This document shows positions 1-11,223 of a stretch of 60,353 nt of DNA, piece after piece. The translations under genes and the position numbers were made by a program. The notes below the pieces were generated by a model. The model saw only the letters and a program-made list of their open reading frames with translations, was not told the DNA's origin and searched no databases. Source of the DNA: Macrostomum lignano (Eukaryota); contig NIVC01004110.1 of the NCBI GenBank assembly GCA_002269645.1, positions 1-60,353 of the forward strand. The letters are read 5' to 3'. Numbering within the stretch: position 1 is the stretch's first letter; the number at the start of each line of letters is the position of its first letter.

Positions 1-290
1 TGTGGGATATAGGGTGTGGGATCTATGGGTGTGATCTAGAGGTGTGGGATATAGGGTGTGGAATCTAGGTGTGGGATATAGGGTGTGGGATATAGGGTGT
101 GGATCTAGGGTGTGCATATAGCGTGTGGGATATAGGGTGTGGGATATAGGTGTGTGGGATATAGGGTGTGGATATAGGGTGTGGGATCTAGGGTGTGGAT
201 CTAGGGTCGTGTGGATATAGGGTTTGGGATATACAGTGTGTGCGTGTAGGATGTAAGTTGAGATGTAGGATGTGGGATGTGGGTTGTAGT
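1..290. repeat. G-rich ~14-bp minisatellite (GGGTGTGGGATATA)n
   Basis: Tandem degenerate copies visible from the window start, with repeated GGG tracts. Confidence 0.9.
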
Positions 291-535
291 TGTGGGTATT
301 TTTTATTGCTCCTGTTGTAAAATTGTCGTTCAACTTTTAGTCTACTTGTGAAATGGTGAAAATTAACTTTTTTTAAAGAGGTGTTAACTTGGCAATTAGT
401 CACGACTCAACTTATTCCACAGCAGCTGTCTATGCCCAGGCCGCCATGTCAAAACAGCTACTCTGCATTAAGCATTTAGCGTCAGGTGTCTCGGCAGCCT
501 AGCAAAGCTCCCTTGTCAGATAACTCGTACTGAAG

Positions 536-3500
536 GCTTTCGACCGAGTCCACCTAGCGGCGCAGCATGACCATTGGGCCCGTACCTGCCCGAGGTTGCT
601 GCGGAGCTCGGCTTACGAGAATTCTGCAATCGAGACGGCATTTTTCGGCTTCTGCAATTCGGGCGGCACCGCCGGGGCGGCCATCTCTGCTTGGCAGGCG
701 GCGGCGGGCGGCCGAAGGCGCGGCTGCAGCCCAACTCGCTGGCCGGGCCCGCGGCGGTGCGAGTTCGCGCCCGGACTGCTGACCCGATGTACCGGTACTG
801 TGCCGGCAGGTGCCACTGCCGACAGGTGATCTCTTGATGATGACAAGTTGTGGCGCTGTCTTCTGATTCTAGTTGTGGCGCTGTCTGATTCTAGTTGTGG
901 CGCTGTCTGATTCTAGTTGTGGCGCTGTCTGATCTAGTTGTGGCGCTGTCTGATTCTAGTTGTGGCGCTGTCTCATTCTAGTTGTGGTTCTGTCTGATTC
1001 TAGTTGTGGCGCTGTCTGATTCTAGTTGTGGCGCTGTCTTCTGATTCTAGTTGTGGCGCTGTCTGATTCTAGTTGTGGCGCTGTCTGATTCTAGTTGTGG
1101 CGCATTCAATATATGCCTTTCCCAGTCTATCAACTTATCCGGAGATAAATTCCGGTCCCAAAATTGTTAAAACCCAGGCTTCCGGTCCTCCATTTGACAT
1201 CCGGTTCGAACTGGCCAAGGAGAGCGCCAGCAGAATTTACTGCAGGCTGACTGTGGAGACTCAAGACACAGCGGAGCCGGCCTCAGCTGATGAAGCATCC
1301 GCGTCAACAGCGGAGCTGACGGTGGCGTTCAGCTGTGGGTTTGCCACGCGGACTGCGGCGGGTTCAGCTGGCCGAAGAAGAGGGCGAAGCTTCTGGTGGC
1401 GGCTACGTCCGGCTGAGGATGGCCGGTGAGCGCTTGAACTACTCATTATTCAGTAGTATCGTTGGCTTGGCTTGTAGATTGAGTTCAGTTCGGCTTGTAT
1501 TTTATGATAGCAACTAATAACTAACTGACAGATTTAAGAGGCTCACTCTGAGCAACCTATGACAGATCAATGTAAGTACGCGCCTCAAACAGTGCCCCAA
1601 ACAGTGCCCTAAACAGTGCCCCAAACAGTGCCCCAAACAGTGCCCTAAACAGTGCCCCAAACAGTGCCCTAAACACTGCTCTAAACAGTGCCCTAAACAG
1701 TGCCCCAAACAGTGCCCCAAACAGTGCCCTAAACAGTGCCCCAAACAGTGCCCTAAACACTGCTCTAAACAGTGCCCTAAACAGTGCCCCAAACAGTGCC
1801 CTAAACAGTGCTCAAAACAGTGCCCTAAACACTGCTCTAAACAGTGCCCCAAAACAGTGCCCTAAACACTGCTCTAAACAGTGCCCTAAACAGTGCCCCA
1901 AACAGTGCCCCAAACAGTGCCCTAAACAGTGCCCCAAACAGTGCCCCAAACAGTGCCCTATACAGTGCCCTAAACACTGCCCTAAACAGTGCCCAAACAG
2001 TGCACCAAACAGTGCCCTAAACAGTGCCCTAAACAGTGCCCAAACAGTGCCCCAAACAGTGCCCCAAACAGTGCCCCAAACAGTGCCCTAAACACTGCTC
2101 TAAACAGTGCCCTAAACAGTGCCCCAAACAGTGCCCCAAACAGTGCCCCAAACAGTGCCCCAAACAGTGCCCTAAACACTGCTCTAAACAGTGCCCTAAA
2201 CAGTGCCCCAAACAGTGCCCCAAACAGTGCCCTAAACAGTGCCCCAAACAGTGCCCTAAACAGTGCCCCAAACAGTGCCCCAAACAGTGCCCTAAACAGT
2301 GCCCCAAACAGTGCCCTAAACAGTGCCCCAAACAGTGCCCCAAACAGTGCCCTAAACAGTGCCCCAAACAGTGCCCAAAACAGTGCCCTAAACACTGCTC
2401 TAAACAGTGCCCTAAACAGTGCCCTAAACAGTGCCCCAAACAGTGCCCTAAACAGTGCCCCAAACAGTGCCCTAAACAGTGCCCCAAACACTGCCCTAAA
2501 CAGTGCCCCAAACAGTGCCCCAAACAGTGCCCTAAACAGTGCCCCAAACAGTGCCCAAAACAGTGCCCTAAACACTGCTCTAAACAGTGCCCTAAACAGT
2601 GCCCTAAACAGTGCCCTAAACAGTGCCCTAAACAGTGCCCCAAACAGTGCCCTAAACAGTGCCCCAAACACTGCCCTAAACAGTGCCCCAAACAGTGCCC
2701 CAAACAGTGCCCTAAACAGTGCCCCAAACAGTGCCCAAAACAGTGCCCTAAACACTGGTCTAAACAGTGCCCTAAACAGTGCCCTAAACAGTGCCCCAAA
2801 CAGTGCCCTAAACAGTGCCCCAAACAGTGCCCTAAACAGTGCCCCAAACACTGCCCTAAACAGTGCTCAAAATAGTGCTCCAAAAAGCGCCCCCCTCTCC
2901 TCCTCAACACCTGAGCTCAGACGGCTGCCGGGGCCAGGCCTGCGTTTACCTGTCCGACAGACACGAGTCCGAGAACACCGACCTGCCTGGCGAGGACAGC
3001 CGTCGCGTTGACAATTTGAAGCTGCACTATCCGTCTGAGCATCTGGAGTCTGTGGTCTTCTGCGCTGAGCCTCAGGTCAGAGTGGGGTGCCTGATTGTCT
3101 GAGCTCAGAGCCCCAGTGCCAGGGAGTTCACAGTGTGCGGCTTCGCGAGAGTGAATCCCTCGTTGCCTGCAGAGGGTGAGTAATTAATTATCTGAGGTGA
3201 CCTTCACGCGTGGCCCCCCGCAGGCCCTGGACCGGCTGATTGTCCACGGCGACTCATCGCTGCTGTGCTCAGATCAGACCGTCGGGTGCCGAGTGGCCCT
3301 CATCTACCGGTTCCCGCTGGCTCCGGCCGGCAGCCAGAGCCTGAGCTTCCTGCTCAGCCCGGCCGGCAGCCCCGGCCCCGACTCCCCAGCCCGGATCTCC
3401 CAGCTGATGTCGCAGGCCGCGGCTCTGGCCAGCGACTCGCTGACTCGGCCGGCCGAGTGCGGAGTCGAGTTCGACCACCGCACCGGCTCGCTGATTCGCC

Positions 3501-6500
3501 GAGCCCTCTCCGGCCTGCTGTGGAATCGCCAGCTGTGCGGCCAGCAGCCGCTGACATCGACATCGGCGACGGTGTCGGTGAGGGTGTCGATAGCGCCGTC
3601 TCTGACGCAGCTGGCCAAGACAATTCTGGCCATTGTGCCGGACAAGTGGGCGCGGCCGGAGCCGGCCGGCTGGGAGCACGGGCTGCACGCGATCGCGCTG
3701 TGCCGGGTGAGCGGCCGGCTGGCCTTGGCGGAGCTGCGACACCAGTTCGACAGGATGTCGGCAGGCGGCGAGATTCTCGCTGGCGGTGGCGGCGGGGTCA
3801 TGGAGCCGCCAGTGTGGCCGCTCGCCCTACTGGAGTTTCTGCGGTGAGTCCGTCGGTCCTCGGCAATCTTCACTCAGGTCCTCACCAATTCTCCCTCAGG
3901 ACCTCACCAATTCTCCCTCAGGACCTCACCAATTCTCCCTCAGGACCTCACCAATTCTCACTCAGGACCTCACCAATTCTCACTCAGGTCCTCACCAATC
4001 ACTCAGGTCCTCACCAATCACTCAGGTCCTCACCAATCACTCAGGTCCTCACCAATCACTCAGGTCCTCACCAATCACTCAGGTCCTCACCAATCACTCA
4101 GGTCCTCACCAATCACTCAGGTCCTCACCAATTCTCACTCAGGTCCTCACCAATCACTCAGGTCCTCACCAATCACTCAGGTCCTCACCAATCACTCAGG
4201 TCCTCACCAATCACTCAGGTCCTCACCAATCACTCAGGTCCTCATAAATTCTTCGGATCCTAACCAATCCTCCCCTATGGCTTTGAGTTCCCTATGACGT
4301 CATCCGTCCTCTCGCCATCGGCTTTGCCCGTTTCCCCAGCCACAACAGCGAGCAGGAGGCGGCCAACGCCACATTCTGCGACCTGCTGCGCCACCTGCAC
4401 TGGTGGCTGCTGATGCGCCGAGATGCCGGCCAGCGCAGCACCCTGGACGGCGGAATCCTCGGCCTGCGACACGCCGGCTGGATGGACGCCACCGAGCACG
4501 ACGGCGAGTCCAACGATTCGCTGGTCTGGTCCGGCTTCTTCTGCGCTGTGAGTTGAGGGACACCTGCTCATGTGTGCCTTCTGGTCACCTGTTCGATTCT
4601 TCACCTGTTCGACTCTCCACCTGTTCGACTCTCCACCTGTTCGACTCTCCACCTGTTCGACTCTTCACCTGTTCGACTCTTCACCTGTTCCACTCTCCAC
4701 CTGTTCGACTCTCCACCTGTTCGACTCTCCACCTGTTCGACTCTCCACCTGTTCCACTCTCCAACTGTTTGACTCTCCACCTGTTCGACTCTCCACCTGT
4801 TCGACTCTCCACCTGTTCGACTCTCCACCTGTTCGATTCTCCGCCTGTTCGACTCTCCACCTGTTCGACTCTTCACCTGTTCCACTCTCCACCTGTTCGA
4901 CTCTCCACCTGTTCGACTCTCCACCTGTTCGACTCTCCACCTGTTCGACTCTTCACCTGTTCGACTCTTCACCTGTTCCACTCTCCACCTGTTCGATTCT
5001 CCGCCTGTTCCACTCTCCACCTGTTCGACTCTCCACCTGTTCGACTCTCCACCTGTTCCACTCTCCACCTGTTCGACTCTCCACTTGTTTGACTCTCCAC
5101 CTGTTCGATTCTCCGCCTGTTCGACTCTCCACCTGTTCGACTCTCCACCTGTTCGACTCTCCACCTGTTCCACTCTCCACCTGTTCGACTCTCCACCTGT
5201 TCCACTCTCCACCTGTTCGACTCTCCACCTGTTCGACTCTCCACCTGTTCGACTCTCCACCTGTTCGACTCTCCACCTGTTCGACTCTTCACCTGTTCCA
5301 CTCTCCACCTGTTCGACTCTCCACCTGTTCGATTCTTCGCCTGTTCGACTCTTCACCTGTTCGACTCTCCACCTGTTCCACTCTCCACCTGTTCGACTCT
5401 CCACCTGTTCCACTCTCCACCTGTTCGACTCTCCACCTGTTCGACTCTCCACCTGTTCGACTCTTCACCTGTTTGATTCTTCACCTGTTCCACTCTCCAC
5501 CTGTTCGACTCTCCACCTGTTCGACTCTTCACCTGTTCGACTCTCCACCTGTTCGACTCTCCACCTGTTCGACTCTTCACCTGTTCCACTCTCCACCTGT
5601 TCGACTCTCCACCTGTTCGATTCTCCGCCTGTTCGACTCTCCACCTGTTCGACTCTCCACCTGTTCGACTCTCCACCTGTTCGACTCTCCACCTGTTCGA
5701 CTCTCCACCTGTTCGACTCTCCACCTGTTCCACTCTCCACCTGTTCGACTATCCACCTGTTTGACTCTTCACCTGTTCGACTCTCCACCTGTTCGACTCT
5801 CCACCTGTTCGACTCTTTACCTCTTCACTTCTTCACCTGTTGTCTACTTGTTCACCTGTTTACCTGCTCACCTGGCTGCCAAACTGCCTGATACATCACT
5901 TTCTCACTGGGCGTCCCTCACCGCAGAAAATGGTGCACCTGGCGGCCCTGCTCCGCCGCCAGGAGCTCAAGTCCCTGCTAGATTTGTTTAACGCAGCGAT
6001 GGCTTCGCTGCACAACGAGTCCGCCTTCGTGAACGGCCTCTTCCGGCCCAACCTGCTGTCGGATCGGCAGCCGGCCGGCGAAGCTGCCGATGCCACTGCG
6101 ACGGCGCTGCCAGCTGGCGCCTCGCCTCCCTGCAAGCGCGGCGCCACCTGCTGCTGCGCCTTCGGCCTGGTGCCTCTGCTGGGCTGCGCCATCGTGCCCC
6201 GCGACGGTCTGGCCGCAGACCCGGAGGCGAACACGCTGGTTGACTGGCTGCACTGGCTGGCCAGCGAGGCCTCGGCGTCGGGCAGCTCGGAGACGCCGTG
6301 CCTGTTCGTCCGGGGCGAGGAGTCGCGCGGCCGGATGTTGATCAGCTGGCTGGGGAGGCCGAGTTCCTGCAGACCTGCGAGGTGAGCCTTTGTATGCGGT
6401 TTTATCGCTTCTGATGCCTGCTGTTCCTCGTCTGACATCCTGCTTTATCCTACTGACACCATGCTGTTCCTCGTCTGACATCCTGCTTTATCCTACTGAC

Positions 6501-9212
6501 ACCCTGCTGTTCCTCGTCTGACATCCTGCTTTATCCTACTGACACCATGCTGTTCCTCGTCTGACATCCTGCTTTATCCTACTGACACCCTGCTGTTCCT
6601 CGTCTGACATCCTGCTTTATCCTACTGACACCCTTCTGTTCCTCGTCTGACATCCTGCTTTATCCTACTGACACCCTGCTGTTCCTCGCCTGACATCCTG
6701 CTTTATCCTACTGACACCATGCTGTTCCTCGTCTGACACCCTGCTTTATCCTACTGACACCCTGCTGTTCCTCGTCTGACATCCTGCTTTATCCTACTGA
6801 CACCCTGCTGTTCCTCGTCTGACATCCTGCTTTATCCTACTGACACCCTTCTGTTCCTCGTCTGACATCCTGCTTTATCCTACTGACACCCTTCTGTTCC
6901 TCGTCTGACATCCTGCTTTATCCTACTGACACCATGCTGTTCCTCGTCTGACATCCTGCTTTATCCTACTGACACCATGCTGTTCCTCGTCTGACATCCT
7001 GCTTTATCCTACTGACACCCTGCTGTTCCTCGTCTGACATCCTGCTTTATCCTACTGACACCCTTCTGTTCCTCGTCTGACATCCTGCTTTATCCTACTG
7101 ACACCCTGCTTGATCCTACTGACACCCTGCTTGACTCCCCTGACACCCTGCTTGATCCTCTTGACACCCTGCTTGAACCTGCTGACACCTTGCTTGATCC
7201 TACTGTCACCCAGTTCTATCTTTCTGATACCTAGTTTGTCGATCCTGACACCCAGTTTGTCGATCCTGACACCCAGTTTGTCGATCCTGACACCCATTTT
7301 GTCGATCCTGACACCCAGTTTGTCGATCCTGACACCCAGTTTGTTGATCCTGACACCCAGCTTGTCGAATATCGTTACCTCTCACCTGACGGCTCTCAAT
7401 AGAAAAAATATATTTCTATTCATTTTGAATCTCGGATCTCCAGGTGCTGTTCGACCCGGCGCACTTCCTCTCGCCGCACGGTCTCCGGTGCACATCCCGG
7501 CTGCTCAGCCGGGAGGCCCGGGACTGCGACAACGCCAAGGACGCGCCGTGTCGGCCAGTCGGACGGGTGAGCATCGTCAGCCTGCCGTGGAACTACCTGG
7601 TGCTGGAGGCGCTGAAGTGCTGGGAGGCGGCCTACGGCCAGCAGCTGCAGCTGGACTATCCCACCGGGTCCGGGATGCGGCACTGCCTGAACGACATCAT
7701 TGTGGACATTTCCCGACGCCTGATGAGCATCTTCGACAATTTTGGTGAGCAGCGGCCGTTCGCAAGATTCAGGTATAGGTTTAGATTTAGGTTCAGTTTT
7801 CAGATTTAGGTTCAGTTTTCAGATTTAGGTTTAGTTTTCAGATTTAGGTTCAGTTTTCAGATTTAGGCTCAGTTTTCAGATTTAGGTTCAGTTTTCAGAT
7901 TTAGGTTCAGTTTTCAGATTTAGGCTCAGTTTTCAGATTTAGGTTCAGTTTTCAGATTTAGGCTCAGTTTTCAGATTTAGGTTCAGTTTTCAGATTTAGG
8001 TTCAGTTTTCAGATTTAGGTTCAGTTTTCAGATTTAGGTTCAGTTTTCAGATTTAGGCTCAGTTTTCAGATTTAGGTTCAGTTTTCAGATTTAGGTTCAA
8101 TTTTCAGATTTAGGTTCAGTTTTCAGATTTAGGTTCAGTTTTCAGATTTAGGTTCAGTTTTCAGATTTAGGTTCAGTTTTCAGATTTAGGTTCAGTTTTC
8201 AGATTTAGGTTCAGTTTTCAGATTTAGGCTCAGTTTTCAGATTTAGGCTCAGTTTTCAGATTTAGGTTCAGTTTTCAGATTTAGGTTCAGTTTTCAGATT
8301 TAGGTTCAGTTTTCAGATTTAGGTTCAGTTTTCAGATTTAGGTTCAGTTTTCAGATTTAGGTTCAGTTTTCAGATTTAGGTTCAGTTTTTAGATTTAGGT
8401 TCAGTTTTCAGATTTACGTTCAGTTTTTAGATTCAGATTCAGATTTAGATCTAGGTTTAGGTTTAGCTTTCGAATTAGTTTTTTGATTTAAGTTCAGTTT
8501 TTAGATTTTTAGATCTAGGATCACTTTTTAGATTTAGGTTCAGGTTTCACATTTAGGTTCAGGTTTAGATTTAGTTTCAGGTTAGGATTTAGTTTCAGTT
8601 ATAGATTTTTAGGTTCAGGTTTAGATTTAGGTTCAGGTTAGGATTTAGGTTTAAGTTCAGATTTAGGTTCAGGCAAAGGTTCTTTTTTGGTCAGGTTTAG
8701 ATTTAGGTTTAGGTTCAGGTTTTTCGAGGTCAGGTTGAGATCAACTTCAGGGATAGGTTCTCCCGATTGAACGATAGACGGATATTCACCCTGAGGTTTA
8801 CTTAGAATGAGCGGATGTTCGCTGATTGAGAAGTCGGAGCCAGAGAAGTCGGCAGAATGTGCGCAACTCAGAGCTGCTTGCCTTGATTTGCCCGAAGCCC
8901 CCCAAACTGCGCCACCCTTCAGACGAGGACGCGCTGATGCTCCGCGAATACTACGAAGCTACCAGCGGCCGAGGCGTGGGCGGCCAGCGCACAGGCTGGA
9001 GTGGCGTCATCGCCAACATCGCCGAGAATCTGAGCCGTCAGCCGACTTTGGCGGTGCTCACGAAGCCAGAACTGCCGCGGACAGTCGGGCAGATCCTGCC
9101 GCGCAACTCGGTAGTGCACGGGTTCCGGGAGAGTCTGCGCAGCTCCATCAAGCTGGACGAGTTCACGCCTGAGCTCAGCTTCGACTGGGACAACGATGAA
9201 GATGAGGATTGA
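536..9212 (+). CDS. Divergent YMR196W-like glycoside hydrolase family 63 protein, multi-exon; the 5' start is not resolved
   Basis: Exons approx 536-825, 1126-1425, 2921-3075, 3224-3843, 4288-4547, 5927-6381, 7444-7744, ~8806/8872-9212. Translations match the family motifs in order: DHW-x8-RSSAY, FDIRFELAKE, LIVHG, VPDKWARPEPAGWEHGLH (cf. MPDKWEYPWFAAWDLAFH), EPPVW (cf. NPPVH), WWLLMRRD..DGGILGLRH (cf. WWVNRKD..EGGFLGLDN), FLSPHGLR, NYLVLEAL..DYPTGSG, REYY..GRGVGGQRTGWSG (cf. YEYF..GRGLGASHQTGWTG). AATAAA near 9266. Apparent 1-bp indels near 1340, 4290 and 6353. A possible extra exon segment lies at 3076-3175. Confidence 0.85.
846..1103. repeat. 22-bp intronic minisatellite (GATTCTAGTTGTGGCGCTGTCT)n
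   Basis: About 11 tandem copies in intron 1 of the GH63-like gene. Confidence 0.95.
1586..2880. repeat. 12-bp intronic minisatellite (AAACAGTGCCCY)n
   Basis: About 105 copies. The long CPKQ/ALNS ORFs here are repeat artefacts. Confidence 0.97.
3869..4258. repeat. 19/22-bp intronic minisatellite (CTCAGGTCCTCACCAATCA)n
   Basis: 22-bp variants at the 5' end and 19-bp units afterwards. Confidence 0.95.
4590..5840. repeat. 16-bp intronic minisatellite (GACTCTCCACCTGTTC)n
   Basis: About 77 copies, pyrimidine-rich on the sense strand. Confidence 0.97.
6412..7365. repeat. 43-bp minisatellite grading into 21-bp units
   Basis: Period 43 (for example 6421 and 6464) up to ~7100, then 21-bp TGACACCC.. 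units. Confidence 0.95.
7770..8720. repeat. 19-bp intronic minisatellite (GATTTAGGTTCAGTTTTCA)n, degenerate after ~8420
   Basis: Tandem copies in the last intron of the GH63-like gene. Confidence 0.95.
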
Positions 9213-9412
9213 GAGGCTGGTACTGGGACTTGCACTGTTTTTTTGAGTAGACAAGTTTTTAAAATAATAAAATGAGATTTAATTTTTTCGCTTAGAAACC
9301 AAGCATTTGTTTGCATGAGGAAATTATTGCTCAGCTTTCAGTGTAAGAGCCACTTTTTTATCTGTTCGGGTCTCCTTGGTGTGCTGTTGGGGGCATTTTG
9401 GTGTGCTGTTGG

Positions 9413-10336
9413 ATCCCAGTATACCCACGCTCAGTATACTGCGGTCAACTCCAGTGTTTTCCACAATGAAGTTCTCGCCATCAGCTCTTGCACTGCAGAG
9501 CTTCTCGCCACTGGCGTAACCGGTAAGAGCATCATTTTCCATTCGGACAGCCAAGCTACCTTGCACGCCATCAGTGGCTGCAGCGCAGCACCAACTCTGC
9601 TACAGTCCTCGACTGTATCAAACTTCTTAATATGTTGGGCTTCACCAACAAAATTAAACTCAAGTGGGTTCTGGGGCATGGTGCAATCCCTTGCAAAAGC
9701 TGGCGCCTCCGGCTCCTCTCTCGGGCCTGAATCCGTTGTCCCGATTCCCGGCTGTGTCATCAACTCGCGCATCAAGGCGTGGATCAGGACCCAGCATCGC
9801 TCAGCCTGGGTGAACTGCACTACCTGCAGGCAATCCAGAGGCGCTGTCCCTCAGCCTTCTCACCAGCTCTGGAAGCTCCTCCTGCGCCTCTCGCGAAGAG
9901 ACATCTGGGCTGCCACCATGACCCTCTCAGGTCACGGTTGCTTCTCCAGGCACCAGTACCTGCAGGGCAACGCCACCAACGCCATCTGCAGTTTTTGTAA
10001 CTCAGGTGACGAAACCGCTGAACATTTTGTCAGCATCTGTCCCGCCTTTACGCGAGCCAGACTCACTTACCTCGGGCCACACACATCTATTATTGAAGCG
10101 TGCAAACCCGAAAACTTTAATCAGCTCATGCGCTACCTCCGGGCCATCCACAGGACTGAACTCTCCTTTCCAGAGAGCACCATAGCTGCTGGCGACACTG
10201 GGAGACCTCCCTGGGCGGCGCCAACCCTTCGTCCATAGCGACGCGTCTGCCGTTCAGGGATTGGCGGAATGGGCGTCTGCGCCTTCCCGCTGTGTCCCCT
10301 CCGGGACAGCCCTGCAGCTAAGTCAAGTAAGTCAAG
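9413..10336 (+). mobile_element. 5'-truncated non-LTR retrotransposon with RNase H and C-terminal CCHC region (I/R1/Loa group)
   Basis: RNase H motif IIFHSDSQATLHAI, alternative-frame KWVLGH, and SGHGCF..CSFCNSGDETAEHFVSICPAF. Short tail CTAAGTCAAGTAAGTCAAG. Flanked by TGCTGTTGG at 9404-9412 and 10337-10345 (TSD). Confidence 0.9.
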
Positions 10337-10510
10337 TGCTGTTGGGGGCACTTTGGTGTGCTGTTGGGGGCACTTTGGTGTGCTGTTGGGCGCACTTTGG
10401 TGTGCTGCTGGGGGCACTTTGGTGTGCTGTTGGGGGCACTTTGGTGTGCTGTTGGGCGCACTTTGGTGTGCTGTTGGGCGCACTTTGGTGTGCTGCTGGG
10501 GGCACTGTTG
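10337..10510. repeat. 21-bp minisatellite (GTGCTGTTGGGGGCACTTTGG)n, continuing at 9377-9412 on the other side of the LINE
   Basis: The same unit is present on both sides of the LINE. Confidence 0.92.
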
Positions 10511-11223
10511 GCGAGAAAAGTTATACACGCCTCCCTTGCAAACTAGTAGGGATTCCGGTTCATTACAAAATATTCAAGCCTGCTCTCAAACTGCATGAGA
10601 CAGAAATTAACATACGCTTGGGGGTTTATTCTATTTGATTTTTAGGTGGGCTGGGGCACCGCAGGTGCAGCGCAGGTATGTAATTAGGGCGACCTCATGC
10701 AAAAATACGCGGGCACTTCCAACACTGGTATTCTCCCTCCGATTGCCATTAGCTGTCCTAATTGGTTGATAGGGGCTTTCCCAGCTGGCTTTCCAAACTG
10801 CTGGGTAAACTTTACCTGTGCTAATTTCTTTGCCCAGCTGGAGGGCCGCAGTAAAATAAGCAGTCGTTGAGTCGGCGAGGAACACCTGGAGTGGGACGTC
10901 ATGAACTCTGCCCCGAATTCTTTTCTCGGTCAAATTCCTGGGATTTCTTTGCCAAGAAATTTTCCCGCTAGGCGAAATCAAAACTGCTTTCTGAAATCAC
11001 AAAAATTTAATTTATTCGACTCAGAAACCAACTTTTGGGGCCCTCGGAGTCCGCACTGAAGCTAAATTATTTTTCACTTCAATAACGAAAACACGAAATC
11101 TGCTTCAGGGCAAAGTGCAAAACAAATTCGACTCAATGTACGTTTGAGAATGTTCACGAACTCCATCAGCCTAAGCTCTCCTCTCAGACTCGAAGTGACA
11201 GCTGCGAGTGTCCGCCAGCACCA

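Noticed and set aside
574-837. Alternative frame beginning GPYLPE, resembling the WGPYLSE motif of YMR196W proteins
   Set aside because: The other frame (596 ORF) matches DxW-x8-RSxAY and G-x14-W spacing and has the right phase for exon 2, so GPYLPE is probably coincidence.
1514-5991. Long ORFs made of CPKQ, ALNS, HCLG, TCSTLHLF and ESRTGGE repeats
   Set aside because: They are translations of stop-free intronic minisatellites.
10631-10981. 116-aa minus ORF, and a 30-nt AG/GT-bounded segment at 10646-10675 on +
   Set aside because: No recognisable motif and no partner exons; could be chance or a repeat relic.
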